This document shows, piece after piece, positions 16,902 to 26,423 of a DNA stretch of 47,700 nt. This DNA is from an uncultured Eubacteriales bacterium (GTDB lineage Bacteria > Bacillota > Clostridia > Christensenellales > UBA1242): positions 1-47,700 of the forward strand of contig CARTDZ010000003.1 of NCBI GenBank assembly GCA_949067325.1. The letters are read 5' to 3'. Made by a program: the position numbers and the translations under genes. The notes below the pieces were generated by a model that did no database searches, had not been told where the DNA came from, and saw nothing but the letters and a program-made list of their open reading frames with translations. Position 1 is the stretch's first letter; every line of letters starts with the position of its first letter.

Positions 16902-19280
16902 ATGTCATCAAATGAAGTCAAAAAAAATTCACTTATAAGAAAGGCGTTAGTTCATTGTTCTTCACCAAACTTTGAAATTAAAAACCTTTTTATTTCAGGC
17001 CCAGTTTTTGCAGAACGTTTTAAGCTTGGTTCAAAGTCTGTATTTGTCAATGCTCATTCTTTTAGTGCTGCCTCAAGTATTCTTGCAGCAGATCTTAATT
17101 TCTTTAACGAAGCATTTTTGCCAGAGAAAAGCACAGCACACATATCAAGTTTTGAAGCTTATTCAGATAAAAAATGTGCATATGCTGAAAAAAACAACAA
17201 GAAAATAGAAAAAGCTCATCAAAAAAACAAGAAGGCAAAAGACGAGAGCAATTATGTGCAAGAAGCACTTAAAAATCTTATTGCTTCTGAAGTTGAGTTG
17301 CTATCTACCTCTGCAAAAAGAAATGCTCAATCTTTTATTTTATACAAATTATACAAAGACAACGAGCTTAAACTTGAAAAAATTAAAATTACAAAAAACG
17401 CTGATGTTATTCCCGCTTTGATCGCTTTGGCAATTGAAATGAAACTTCAAATAAACACCTACCCTGCACTTAAAAACGAAATAAATGAAATTGAACTTAT
17501 GCTTGCTTCAGTTGCGAAAAATCTTATCGAACTTTGCCCTAACACTATTGCAAAAGATTTCAAAGAAAATTATCTTGGTAAAAGAAACGGCAAAGCTTTG
17601 CAAAACAAAGTTGGTGAACTTGTTTCAGCAATCAATGAAGAAGCTGGCAAAGACTACAAAAACTTTGTAAGCGCAACTTCAGTTCAAAACCAATTTCAAA
17701 TAATTACCAACGATGCCGTTCAAAAATATTTTTCTGCTTTTTCTTATATTAATGGAAGCGGCTACAAACTTTTCAACACAGCTGAAGGCAAGACAAAATT
17801 GCTTGAAAAAACTCTTGTAGAAGCTTTGAATGATTTGAAAACGCCAGCAAGAGTTGAAAAAGACGGCAAACTTGTTGAAACTGACAACCTTTACAACAGC
17901 AATCTTTACACAATTGCTTGCATTATTGAAAAGAGGTTCCCTTCTCTACCAAATGATTTGGAAAGTAGCCTAAGAAACACTTATACACTTCTCGCTTTAG
18001 TTTCAGACAGATTTGGCTCAGATTTAAAAGAACAAAGCATTGCTTATGCTTTGTTTGATAGAGTTCAAGACTATAGAACTTTGGGTTGTACAGACAAACT
18101 AATCCTCGAACGAGCTTATGACAATGCCAACACCTTGCTTAGAGAAGCAATTTTAAAAGACAACAACAATACGCCAGCAAATTTTGAAAAAATAGGTGTA
18201 AAAATTCAACCATTTACGGATGAATTGTTGGCAGGTGAAGCCCCACTTTTTATCGACCTTGAAGCTATTGAAAAAGTGCTTAATCCGGAAACAGAAATCG
18301 TTGAAGAAGAGGTAGAAGAACAAAAAGAAGTCGCTGCAGCTTTAGAAGTTCAAGAAGAGCCTAAAGAAGACGCGGCAATTGAAACTATAGAAGAGCTTAA
18401 CGAAGAAGAAAGAGCTGCAGAAGCTGAACTTGTAAAGCATGAAACACTTTCTGCTGAAGAAAAGAAAGACAAACTTATAAAAAAGAAACTAAAATTTCTT
18501 AGTGCTTTAAACTCGAAAATAAGCGATAAAGTCACTGATGCAAACAATAAAAAAGAAGAGCTTAATAGTAAAAATTCTGACCCTGCAATTTCAAACGAAG
18601 AAAAACGCAAAAATGAAAAAGCAATCACGCAAGCAAATTCTGAAATGGATATTCTTGGCAAGCTTATTACCAAAATTATTCGAAAAAAAGACAACCTTAT
18701 CAAACGCTCTGCGGAAGATGATGCCACATCTGCGAGAAGAATTCGCGTGTTTGAAGACCCTGCTGACGAACAAGTAGATACTCCGATGCCAAAAACGTTG
18801 ATACGTCTTGTACAAGAACTCAAAAACATTTCTTTGGATACAAAAAGTTACAAATATAAAGAAGTGATAAGAGATCTTATCAAATTGGCCAAAGATGAAA
18901 ACAAAGTTTTTGCAACTTTTCAAAATTATGCAAAAAAGAACTCACTAGAAACAAATTCAAAGGAATATTATAACTTTTTAAAACAACAGCAAGAAGAAGC
19001 TGCAGCAAAGGCTGCGAAAACAGCTGGCAAGAAAAAGGTTGGCAAGAAAAAGGTTGAAGAAAAAACAGCCGAAGAAGCTGTCTTTAATGAAGCTGCTGCA
19101 ACTGTAGTTGAAACTGAACAAAAAATTGTAGAAGTTGCCGAAACTGAAAATCTCGAAGTTGAAAATGCCGAAGCTGCTATTGAATTTCAAAATGTTGAAG
19201 AAAACAAAAATGCTGAAGAAATTACGGCTACTGAAACTTCGGAAAGCGAAGAACAAAACGAAGAAGAGCATCTTCAATAA
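16902..19280 (+). CDS. Orphan 792-aa cytoplasmic protein: ~460-aa N-terminal region of unknown fold plus ~330-aa Glu/Lys-rich coiled-coil or disordered tail
   Basis: Strong SD and a long uninterrupted ORF. There is no signal peptide or TM, and I recognise no motif. Confidence 0.7.
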   Translation: MSSNEVKKNSLIRKALVHCSSPNFEIKNLFISGPVFAERFKLGSKSVFVNAHSFSAASSILAADLNFFNEAFLPEKSTAHISSFEAYSDKKCAYAEKNNKKIEKAHQKNKKAKDESNYVQEALKNLIASEVELLSTSAKRNAQSFILYKLYKDNELKLEKIKITKNADVIPALIALAIEMKLQINTYPALKNEINEIELMLASVAKNLIELCPNTIAKDFKENYLGKRNGKALQNKVGELVSAINEEAGKDYKNFVSATSVQNQFQIITNDAVQKYFSAFSYINGSGYKLFNTAEGKTKLLEKTLVEALNDLKTPARVEKDGKLVETDNLYNSNLYTIACIIEKRFPSLPNDLESSLRNTYTLLALVSDRFGSDLKEQSIAYALFDRVQDYRTLGCTDKLILERAYDNANTLLREAILKDNNNTPANFEKIGVKIQPFTDELLAGEAPLFIDLEAIEKVLNPETEIVEEEVEEQKEVAAALEVQEEPKEDAAIETIEELNEEERAAEAELVKHETLSAEEKKDKLIKKKLKFLSALNSKISDKVTDANNKKEELNSKNSDPAISNEEKRKNEKAITQANSEMDILGKLITKIIRKKDNLIKRSAEDDATSARRIRVFEDPADEQVDTPMPKTLIRLVQELKNISLDTKSYKYKEVIRDLIKLAKDENKVFATFQNYAKKNSLETNSKEYYNFLKQQQEEAAAKAAKTAGKKKVGKKKVEEKTAEEAVFNEAAATVVETEQKIVEVAETENLEVENAEAAIEFQNVEENKNAEEITATETSESEEQNEEEHLQ

Positions 19281-19289
19281 CACAAAAAA

Positions 19290-19313
19290 CTGGCAAGGTT
19301 TGCCAGTTTTTTT
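19290..19313. terminator. Bidirectional intrinsic terminator between the convergent 792-aa gene and uvrA
   Basis: CTGGCAA (19290-19296) / TTGCCAG (19300-19306) with an A-run upstream and T7 downstream. Confidence 0.7.
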
Positions 19314-19355
19314 ATATATTTTTTTAAAATGAATTTAAAAAAATTTAAGATAATA

Positions 19356-22181
19356 TTACAAAAGCGGCTTTAAAAATTTGCCAGTGTAGCTCTCTTTTAT
19401 TTCTGCCACTTCTTCAGGAGTGCCAGCGGCCACTATTGTTCCGCCGCCGCTGCCACCTTCTGGCCCTAAGTCAATGAGATAATCTGCCGATTTTACCACA
19501 TCAAGGTTGTGTTCTATCACCACCACGCTGTTGCCGCCTTGAACAAGTCTATCCAGAATTGACACAAGCTTTTTCACGTCATACATATGCAGGCCTGTAG
19601 TTGGCTCGTCAAGCAGATAAATTGTTTTGCCAGTTGAGCGACGAGAAAGTTCTGTCGCCAATTTTACACGTTGTGCCTCACCGCCTGAAAGAGTTGTTGC
19701 TGGCTGACCTAGCTTGATATAATCTAGCCCAACGTCATGAAGCGCTTGCACTTTGTTTTTGATTGAAGGAATGTTCTCAAAAAACTTCAAAGCCTCTTCA
19801 ACAGTCATGTCAAGCACTTCTGAAATTGTCTTGCCTTTATATTTTACTTCAAGAGTTTCGCGGTTATAACGTTTGCCTTTGCATACCTCGCAAGGCACTA
19901 AAATGTCAGGCAGAAAATACATTTCAATTTCTTTCAAACCTGCGCCTTCGCAGATGTCGCAGCGTCCACCTTTTACATTAAAGCTAAAACGGCTCATGCT
20001 GTAACCACGAGCTTTTGCTTCTGGAGTGCTGGCAAAGAGTTCTCGAATAGGCGTGAAAATACCAACATAAGTGGCTGGGTTTGAACGAGGTGTTCTGCCA
20101 ATTGGCGACTGATCGATGGCGATAACCTTGTCGAGTTCCTTCACATTTTCAATCTTTGAAAACTTGCCATTTTCAAGGCGGCTACCATTTAAAGCATTTG
20201 ATAGATAAGGATAAAGAATTTCATTGACAAGGCTTGACTTGCCGCTGCCAGACACGCCAGTAACGCAGGTGAAAACGCCAAGCGGAATGTCGACATCTAT
20301 ATCTTTGAGGTTGTTTTCGCAAGCACCTTTGACACGAAGGAATTTTTCTGGCTTGCGACGTACTGAAGGCACTTCTATCTTTTCATCGCCACGCAGGAAT
20401 TTTGCGGTTATTGAATTTGGTGATTTGATAACCTCTTCAAGCGGCCCATTTGCTACAATTTCGCCGCCATGAACACCTGCATAAGGGCCGACATCGACAA
20501 CCCAGTCGGCTGTTCTTATCGTGTCCTCATCATGCTCAACGACTATCAAAGTGTTGCCTAGATCACGAAGATGTTTCATTGTTCCAATAAGCCTTTCGTT
20601 GTCGCGTTGGTGGAGGCCAATGCTTGGCTCGTCCAAAATGTATAAAACTCCTGACAGACCGCTTCCTATTTGTGTGGCAAGTCTTATTCGTTGAGCCTCA
20701 CCGCCCGATAGCGTTTCTGCTGAGCGAGAAAGAGTGAGATAGTCAAGCCCTACGTCAGAAAGAAATTTCACCCTTGCGTTGATTTCTTTCATAATGCTTT
20801 GAGCAATTTCTGCTTTTGCTTTGGTTAGTTTGAGATTTTGAAAGTATGGCACTAGCTGGCCAACTGACATATCACATGTTTCGACTATATCCTGAGTGCC
20901 AACCTTGACCGACAAAGCACTTTCGTTGAGGCGTTTGCCATGGCATACTGGACAGGTTTGCTCGCGAACAAACTTTGAAATTTCAAGTTTTATAAAGTCA
21001 CTTTTGCTTTCAACAAGTCGTCGTTTGAGGTTTGTAATTATACCTTCAAATGAAAGTGCTTTTTTGCCGTTGTAATGTTCAAATGTATTGTTCTTCTTTT
21101 CGTCACCAAAAAGATCAAGCTCTTCGCCATTGTTGCCATAAAACAGAATATCAAGTTGGTCACGCTTGAGCTTTGCGACCGGCACATCTAGCGGTATTTT
21201 GTATTGTTTTGACAAAGCCAGAAAGTAACGCCCTGCCATTGCACCGTCAAAACGCCAGCCAGTCAGGTCAAAAGCACCTTCTCTTATTGATTTGTCACCA
21301 TTTTTGAGAATAAGATTTTCGTCAATATCAGTAGTTACGCCAAGCCCAAGACAGTTTGGACAAGCCCCGTATGGAGCGTTGAACGAAAACAATCTTGGAG
21401 TAACTTCTTCAAGCGTCCAGCCGCAAGTTGGGCAAGCATAATTTGTGCTGAAAAGCACTTCTTCGCCCTCATGCTCAACGATCACAAGCCCTTCTGCAAG
21501 TTTTATCGCAGTTTCGAGACTGTCTGCAAGACGAGAATTGACACCATCTTTCAATACTATGCGGTCGACAATGACACGAATATTGTGTTTAAGGTTTTTA
21601 TCAAGCACAATGTCTTCGTCAAGGTTCCATACACTGCCGTCAACCTGCACGCGAACATATCCGCTTTTTTTAAGGTTTTCAAACACTTTGGCAAAAGCGC
21701 CTTTTTGGCCTCTAACAATTGGCGCGAGAATTTGCAGCTTGCTGCCGCTTGGCATACTTAAAACCGCGTCGACAATCTGATCAATGCTTTGCTGCTCAAT
21801 AGGCTTATGGCAGTGCGGACAATAAGGAGTGCCAACACGAGCATACAAAAGACGCAGATAGTCATAAATTTCAGTGACCGTGCCTACGGTTGAACGTGGG
21901 TTGTGGTTTGTGGTTTTTTGGTCAATTGAAATGGCAGGAGAAAGCCCATCAATAGACTCAACGTCTGGCTTTTGAGCTTGTCCCAAAAATTGACGTGCGT
22001 AAGAGGAAAGACTTTCGATATATCGTCTTTGTCCTTCTGCGAATATAGTGCCAAAAGCAAGCGTACTCTTACCCGAGCCGCTCACACCAGTAAAAACCAC
22101 TAGCTGATTTTTAGGAATTTCCAAGTCTACATTTTTAAGGTTGTTTTCTTTTGCTCCACGAATAACTATTGAATTTTTCAT
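19356..22181 (-). CDS. uvrA: Excinuclease ABC subunit A
   Basis: 941 aa with two ABC ATPase modules (GVSGSGKS twice, LSGGEAQR twice) and Zn-finger Cys clusters. It is collinear with UvrA. Confidence 0.97.
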   Translation of the reverse strand: MKNSIVIRGAKENNLKNVDLEIPKNQLVVFTGVSGSGKSTLAFGTIFAEGQRRYIESLSSYARQFLGQAQKPDVESIDGLSPAISIDQKTTNHNPRSTVGTVTEIYDYLRLLYARVGTPYCPHCHKPIEQQSIDQIVDAVLSMPSGSKLQILAPIVRGQKGAFAKVFENLKKSGYVRVQVDGSVWNLDEDIVLDKNLKHNIRVIVDRIVLKDGVNSRLADSLETAIKLAEGLVIVEHEGEEVLFSTNYACPTCGWTLEEVTPRLFSFNAPYGACPNCLGLGVTTDIDENLILKNGDKSIREGAFDLTGWRFDGAMAGRYFLALSKQYKIPLDVPVAKLKRDQLDILFYGNNGEELDLFGDEKKNNTFEHYNGKKALSFEGIITNLKRRLVESKSDFIKLEISKFVREQTCPVCHGKRLNESALSVKVGTQDIVETCDMSVGQLVPYFQNLKLTKAKAEIAQSIMKEINARVKFLSDVGLDYLTLSRSAETLSGGEAQRIRLATQIGSGLSGVLYILDEPSIGLHQRDNERLIGTMKHLRDLGNTLIVVEHDEDTIRTADWVVDVGPYAGVHGGEIVANGPLEEVIKSPNSITAKFLRGDEKIEVPSVRRKPEKFLRVKGACENNLKDIDVDIPLGVFTCVTGVSGSGKSSLVNEILYPYLSNALNGSRLENGKFSKIENVKELDKVIAIDQSPIGRTPRSNPATYVGIFTPIRELFASTPEAKARGYSMSRFSFNVKGGRCDICEGAGLKEIEMYFLPDILVPCEVCKGKRYNRETLEVKYKGKTISEVLDMTVEEALKFFENIPSIKNKVQALHDVGLDYIKLGQPATTLSGGEAQRVKLATELSRRSTGKTIYLLDEPTTGLHMYDVKKLVSILDRLVQGGNSVVVIEHNLDVVKSADYLIDLGPEGGSGGGTIVAAGTPEEVAEIKESYTGKFLKPLL

Positions 22182-22187
22182 ACCATA

Positions 22188-22216
22188 ATTATACCACTTT
22201 TTAGCCTTCCTAACAA
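22188..22216 (-). promoter_or_regulatory. uvrA promoter TTGTTA, 17-bp spacer, TGgTATAAT ending 6 nt before the ATG (leaderless architecture)
   Basis: -10 at 22188-22193, TG at 22195-22196, -35 at 22211-22216 and ATG at 22181. No SD. Confidence 0.55.
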
Positions 22217-22285
22217 TTAATTTCGCAAACCTTGTTGAAAAAAAGTGAATTGTTGTATTTTTTCGAAAAAATGTAAAATTTGGCT

Positions 22286-24244
22286 TTATTTTTTATTTAG
22301 TTGCTTGCGAAGTTCTTGGATTTGAGTACGAAGTTCGATCGCACGCTCAAAGTCAAGCGAAGATGAGGCAATTTTCATCATTGCAGTAAGTTTTTCTATC
22401 TCTTTTGGTATATCTTCCTTTCTCATCTTGCCTTCGCTGACCTTCTTTGTTATCTCAAGTGTATTTGAAACAGGTTTGACAATGGTTTTTGGCGTTATAT
22501 TATGCTTTTGGTTGTATTCATCTTGAATTCTGCGACGATTTTCGGTTATATTTATCGCCCTCTTCATGCTGTCCGTCATGACATCTGCAAACATTATAAC
22601 TCTTCCGTTTGCATTTCTTGCCGCACGGCCAATTGTTTGTATCAATGCGCCTTCGCTACGCAAAAAGCCTTCCTTATCCGCGTCAAGAATTGCCACAAGC
22701 TCAACCTCTGGCATATCAAGACCTTCACGCAAAAGATTGATGCCGACAAGTATGTCAAACTCGCCACTTCTTAGGCCGTTGATGATTTCGACACGCTCCA
22801 TCGTGTCAATTTCTGAGTGCATATACTTGGTTTTAAAATCATGCTCTTGCAAATATATCGTCAAGCTTTCTGCCATTTTCTTTGTGAGCGTTGTGACCAA
22901 AACGCGGCTGCCTTTTTCGATAACCTTTTTGGCTTCAACCATCAGTTGTTCTATTTGGTTTGTTATTGGTTTGACCTCTATCTTTGGATCAAGCAGCCCT
23001 GTCGGCCGAATAACCTGCTCAACCACCTGTCCTGCCCTGCCCAATTCATATTTTGAAGGTGTGGCCGAAACATAGACCACCTGCCCAAGCTTTTGGTTGA
23101 ACTCCTCAAAAGTGAGTGGCCTATTATCTCTTGCCGCCTCAAGCCTGAAGCCAAAATCAACAAGTGATGTCTTGCGCGCCTTGTCGCCATTGTACATTGC
23201 TCTTATTTGTGGCAGCGTCATGTGACTTTCATCAATTATCGTCAAAAAGCCTTTTGGAAAATAGTCAATAAGCGTGTAAGGTGCTTCGCCGGGTCTGCGT
23301 CCGTCAAAATACCTCGAATAGTTTTCAATGCCGCTGCAATAGCCCACCTCTTTCATCATCTCCATGTCATAGGCTACTCGTTGACCAATTCGCTCGGCTT
23401 CAATATGTTTTTCTTGCGACTTGAAATCATCAATCGCTATTTGCCTGTCAAGTTCTATCTGCTTGAGTGCAGCCTCCATTCTCTCACGCCCAACCGCATA
23501 GTGAGTGGCCGGATAGATCGCCGCATATTTCAAACTGTTGACCGCTTTGCCCGATACCGGATCAAATTCGTAAATCTTGTCAATCTCATCACCAAAAAAT
23601 TCAACCCTTATTGCAAGCTCTGACTGATTGGCAGGAAATATGTCAAGCGTGTCACCCTTCACCCTGAATGTTGAACGCTTGAAATCAACATCATTTCGCA
23701 TGTATTGTATGCCGATAAGTCTTGCAATAGCCTCATCACGATCCAAAATGTCACCCTCTCGCAAAGATAGGTGAAGATTGTAATATTCATCAGGATTGCC
23801 AAGACCATAGATGCATGAAACTGACGCCACTATGATCACGTCGTCACGCTCAAGTATAGAAGATGTGGCCGAAGATCTCAACTTGTCAATCTCGTCATTG
23901 ACAGCCATATCCTTTTCAATATAGGTGTCAGACGAAACAATGTAGGCCTCCGGTTGATAATAATCATAGTACGAAACAAAATATTCCACACGATTGTTTG
24001 GAAAAAACTCGCGAAACTCATTGCAAAGCTGCGCCGCAAGTGTTTTGTTGTGTGCAATTACAAGCGTCGGCTTCTTCACCCTTGCAATTATGTTTGCCAT
24101 GGTAAATGTTTTGCCCGAGCCAGTAACACCCAACAGCACCTGCTCTTTGAGCCCATCTTCAATCCCCTCAACAAGCTTGTCAATCGCCTCTGGCTGATCC
24201 CCCGCCGGCTTGTATTTTGATACCAACTTAAATTCTTCTTTCAT
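22286..24244 (-). CDS. uvrB: Excinuclease ABC subunit B
   Basis: [21 protein letters not shown] is a canonical UvrB N-terminus. Walker A is GVTGSGKT, helicase motifs are present, and the C-terminal UVR domain is [13 protein letters not shown]. The 13-codon upstream extension in the ORF track is unlikely. Confidence 0.96.
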   Translation of the reverse strand: MKEEFKLVSKYKPAGDQPEAIDKLVEGIEDGLKEQVLLGVTGSGKTFTMANIIARVKKPTLVIAHNKTLAAQLCNEFREFFPNNRVEYFVSYYDYYQPEAYIVSSDTYIEKDMAVNDEIDKLRSSATSSILERDDVIIVASVSCIYGLGNPDEYYNLHLSLREGDILDRDEAIARLIGIQYMRNDVDFKRSTFRVKGDTLDIFPANQSELAIRVEFFGDEIDKIYEFDPVSGKAVNSLKYAAIYPATHYAVGRERMEAALKQIELDRQIAIDDFKSQEKHIEAERIGQRVAYDMEMMKEVGYCSGIENYSRYFDGRRPGEAPYTLIDYFPKGFLTIIDESHMTLPQIRAMYNGDKARKTSLVDFGFRLEAARDNRPLTFEEFNQKLGQVVYVSATPSKYELGRAGQVVEQVIRPTGLLDPKIEVKPITNQIEQLMVEAKKVIEKGSRVLVTTLTKKMAESLTIYLQEHDFKTKYMHSEIDTMERVEIINGLRSGEFDILVGINLLREGLDMPEVELVAILDADKEGFLRSEGALIQTIGRAARNANGRVIMFADVMTDSMKRAINITENRRRIQDEYNQKHNITPKTIVKPVSNTLEITKKVSEGKMRKEDIPKEIEKLTAMMKIASSSLDFERAIELRTQIQELRKQLNKK

Positions 24245-24251
24245 ACTTACA

Positions 24252-24260
24252 ATTTTACCA
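24252..24260 (-). promoter_or_regulatory. Extended -10 promoter TGgTAAAAT ending 7 nt before the uvrB ATG (leaderless architecture)
   Basis: -10 at 24252-24257, TG at 24259-24260 and ATG at 24244. No SD. Confidence 0.5.
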
Positions 24261-24303
24261 CAAAAAACCCGAAAATCATACAATTATTTTGATAAAAAGA
24301 AAA

Positions 24304-24320
24304 ACAGGCCTCAAACCTGT
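24304..24320 (-). terminator. Hairpin terminator after the XRE gene at 24321-24527
   Basis: ACAGG / CCTGT arms with a 7-nt loop. On the minus strand it is followed by TTTTTCTTTTT. Confidence 0.5.
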
Positions 24321-24527
24321 TTAATATTCACTTCTTCCAACTAAATAGTCAATTGTAACGTTATAATAATCTGCTAGCTTCCACAACATTTCAAGTGGTA
24401 TAGCCCTCTCTCCTAATTCATAGCGATTATAAACTTGTTTACTTAAACCTAAAATCTCAGCAATTTCTTTCTGTTGCTTTCCTTTTTCCAATCTTATATC
24501 TTTCAATCGCAATAAAATGTCAGCCAT
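24321..24527 (-). CDS. Stand-alone XRE-family HTH regulator
   Basis: 68 aa with KQQKEIAEILGLSKQVYNRYELGER...LADYYNVTIDYLVGRSEY. AGGTGA SD upstream. Confidence 0.85.
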   Translation of the reverse strand: MADILLRLKDIRLEKGKQQKEIAEILGLSKQVYNRYELGERAIPLEMLWKLADYYNVTIDYLVGRSEY

Positions 24528-24727
24528 ATATCACCTATATTTTTATATTATCATAATTGTTATAGGTAAAGGTCGCGGTCACCAAATTGATTACTTACAG
24601 GAGTGAAATTTAGTTAAATTATTGATTGGCAGCCAATAAAGTCGCCAATTTGGTGACAATTTGTAAAATTTAATTGACAAAATGGCAAAACAATAATAAA
24701 ATATGGTTATACCAATTCGGTGTAATC

Positions 24728-24946
24728 TTAATCCGTTCTACAAGCAATATAGTCAAGCGATACCTTATAAAAATCCGCGAGAGTTGAAACAGTCTCAAAA
24801 GAAATTTGCCTTTTACCAGTTTCATATCTACTATAAGCCACTTGAGAAACATGAAGAATATTCGCAACATATTCTTGCGAAAAACCATTTTCATCTCTAA
24901 GTTCTTTTAACTTTTTTCCTACTGCCCTATAAAAATTCTCTTGCAT
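24728..24946 (-). CDS. Stand-alone XRE-family HTH regulator (leaderless architecture)
   Basis: 72 aa with FSQEYVANILHVSQVAYSRYETGKR...LADFYKVSLDYIACRTD. TGgTATTAT ends 7 nt before the ATG and there is no SD. Confidence 0.85.
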   Translation of the reverse strand: MQENFYRAVGKKLKELRDENGFSQEYVANILHVSQVAYSRYETGKRQISFETVSTLADFYKVSLDYIACRTD

Positions 24947-25028
24947 ATACTATATAATACCATTTTGGTAGTTTTATAAACTCGCCTATACCAAGCGGGT
25001 ATAACAAAAACTCTCAAAGGAGACTTCA
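24947..25028. promoter_or_regulatory. Divergent promoter/operator region with two palindromes (TACCAtttTGGTA at 24958-24970; TATACCaagcgGGTATA at 24987-25003)
   Basis: The minus-strand -10 TATTAT (24954-24959) and the plus-strand TATAAT (24953-24958) occupy the same bases. The palindromes overlap or follow them. Confidence 0.5.
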
Positions 25029-25295
25029 ATGCAAATTAATACAAATTTTAATTTAGAAAAAATAGTCTGTGACAGATTGCGAAGCAATCGTTTTGCAAAC
25101 ACGGCAGATTTTAGGACCAGCGAATATGAGAAGGAGTTTTTAAATTCTCTCAACGAAAAACAAAAAACCCAGTATCATTGTATAATCACTGGGAAGTTTT
25201 ACGACCAAGATTTTCGGGATCAAGAGATAGTGAGGGCTACATTAAAATGCATAGCCGAATTTTGCAATCCAACGAAAGAGATCCGCTTTGACTAA
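25029..25295 (+). CDS. Orphan 88-aa protein, unknown function
   Basis: AAAGGAGA SD 7 nt upstream. It is divergent from the XRE gene and convergent with fic. Confidence 0.55.
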   Translation: MQINTNFNLEKIVCDRLRSNRFANTADFRTSEYEKEFLNSLNEKQKTQYHCIITGKFYDQDFRDQEIVRATLKCIAEFCNPTKEIRFD

Positions 25296-25299
25296 AAAA

Positions 25300-25317
25300 A
25301 GCCAAAACAGCTTGGCT
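25300..25317. terminator. Bidirectional hairpin between the 88-aa gene and fic
   Basis: AGCCAA (25300-25305) / TTGGCT (25312-25317) with an A-run upstream and a T-rich stretch downstream. Confidence 0.5.
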
Positions 25318-26304
25318 TTAAATTTTATAATATTTTTGATTTTTGCTTGTAGGCTTTTCTGGAATTGACAGTTCTATCAAACCGGCTTCAATTGCTGGAG
25401 TGAGATAATTTCTTCTGAAGCCTTCACGAGATTTCAGATTTAGTTTTTTCATAAGTTCGGCTGCTGATTGCGGATAGCTTTCGATAACACTCATCAGCAT
25501 TGTAATTTGATCGCTCAAATGATTGAGGTGATTTCGCGTGTCGCGAACAATATCCTTGATTGCTTTGTTTATGACGTTGAGCATAAACATAATAAAAATA
25601 TTTGATTTTGCTTGGCTTGTTGACAATGTGATCGCGCGATAATATTCTTCTTGATTGTCTTTTATCATACTTTCGATAGGTATCCACGCAAAAATTGGTT
25701 TCCAACTGGCAAGCAGCGCTGTTTGCCACAAACGGCCCATTCTGCCATTGCCATCTCTGAAGGGGTGAATAAACTCAAACTCATAATGAAAAACGCTAGA
25801 TTTGATAAGCATATTGACGCGGCTGTTTCTGAGCCAGTCAAAGAGTTGTGCAAGCTGTTCTGACACAAATTCAACAGGTGGAGCTATGTGAACGACCTCT
25901 CCTTTTTCATTGTAGACACCAACCTGTCCTGTTCTGATCTTTCCTGCTTCTGTGACCAATCCGTTCATCATTACACCATGAACTTTTAGCAGGTCTTCTA
26001 TTTTGTAAGGATCAACTTGCTCTAGTTGCTTGTAAGCATCATTGGCATTTTGGACAGCGACTATATCTTCTTGTGGGCCAAGAACTCTTTTGCCATCAAT
26101 CACGTCTGTGACTTGTTCAATTGACAATGTATTGTTTTCAATGGCAAGAGAAGAATGAATAGATTTAATTCTGCTCACTCTGCGAAGTTTGGGAAGTTTT
26201 CTCATATCATTTACAATATTTAGTTGACCCAAATTTTCCATAATTTCGGAAGCCAATTCGAGCATCTCTTCAGTTATTTCATACGGCGGCATGTATTTAT
26301 CCAT
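25318..26304 (-). CDS. Fic-family AMPylase, class II (N-terminal inhibitory helix) with C-terminal winged-helix-like tail
   Basis: Canonical Fic motif HPFRDGNGRMGR (HxFx[DE]GNGRxxR). The inhibitory motif [ST]xxxE[GN] is present as SLAIEN. GAGG SD upstream. Confidence 0.9.
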   Translation of the reverse strand: MDKYMPPYEITEEMLELASEIMENLGQLNIVNDMRKLPKLRRVSRIKSIHSSLAIENNTLSIEQVTDVIDGKRVLGPQEDIVAVQNANDAYKQLEQVDPYKIEDLLKVHGVMMNGLVTEAGKIRTGQVGVYNEKGEVVHIAPPVEFVSEQLAQLFDWLRNSRVNMLIKSSVFHYEFEFIHPFRDGNGRMGRLWQTALLASWKPIFAWIPIESMIKDNQEEYYRAITLSTSQAKSNIFIMFMLNVINKAIKDIVRDTRNHLNHLSDQITMLMSVIESYPQSAAELMKKLNLKSREGFRRNYLTPAIEAGLIELSIPEKPTSKNQKYYKI

Positions 26305-26320
26305 TTTTTACCTCAATGGT

Positions 26321-26349
26321 ATTATATACTAAATTTTCTTAATTGTCAA
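26321..26349 (-). promoter_or_regulatory. Consensus sigma-70 promoter TTGACA, 17-bp spacer, TATAAT for fic
   Basis: -10 at 26321-26326 and -35 at 26344-26349 on the minus strand, followed by a 16-nt leader carrying a GAGG SD. Confidence 0.75.
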
Positions 26350-26351
26350 TC

Positions 26352-26423
26352 ATCTTGCGTACTATCTTACGTATTATCTTGCGTATTATCTTACGTACTA
26401 TCTTGCGTACTATCTTACATACT
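26352..26423. repeat. Six tandem 12-bp direct repeats (ATCTTGCGTACT / ATCTTACGTATT variants; 24-bp super-period) abutting the fic -35
   Basis: Units at 26352, 26364, 26376, 26388, 26400 and 26412. Position 6 strictly alternates G/A. The array starts 2 bp upstream of the -35 hexamer. Confidence 0.9.

Noticed and set aside
22182-22285. LexA/SOS (Cheo) box GAAC-N4-GTTC upstream of uvrA, and of uvrB at 24245-24320
   Set aside because: No GAAC-N4-GTTC-like sequence is present in either upstream region. SOS control cannot be claimed from this sequence.
22502-23623. Antisense ORFs in uvrB (up to 169 aa), and similarly 18350-18923 in the 792-aa gene and 20224-21780 in uvrA
   Set aside because: They overlap strongly supported genes and have no start context. 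The 18350-18829 ORF is the mirror image of a GAA/AAG-rich low-complexity region.
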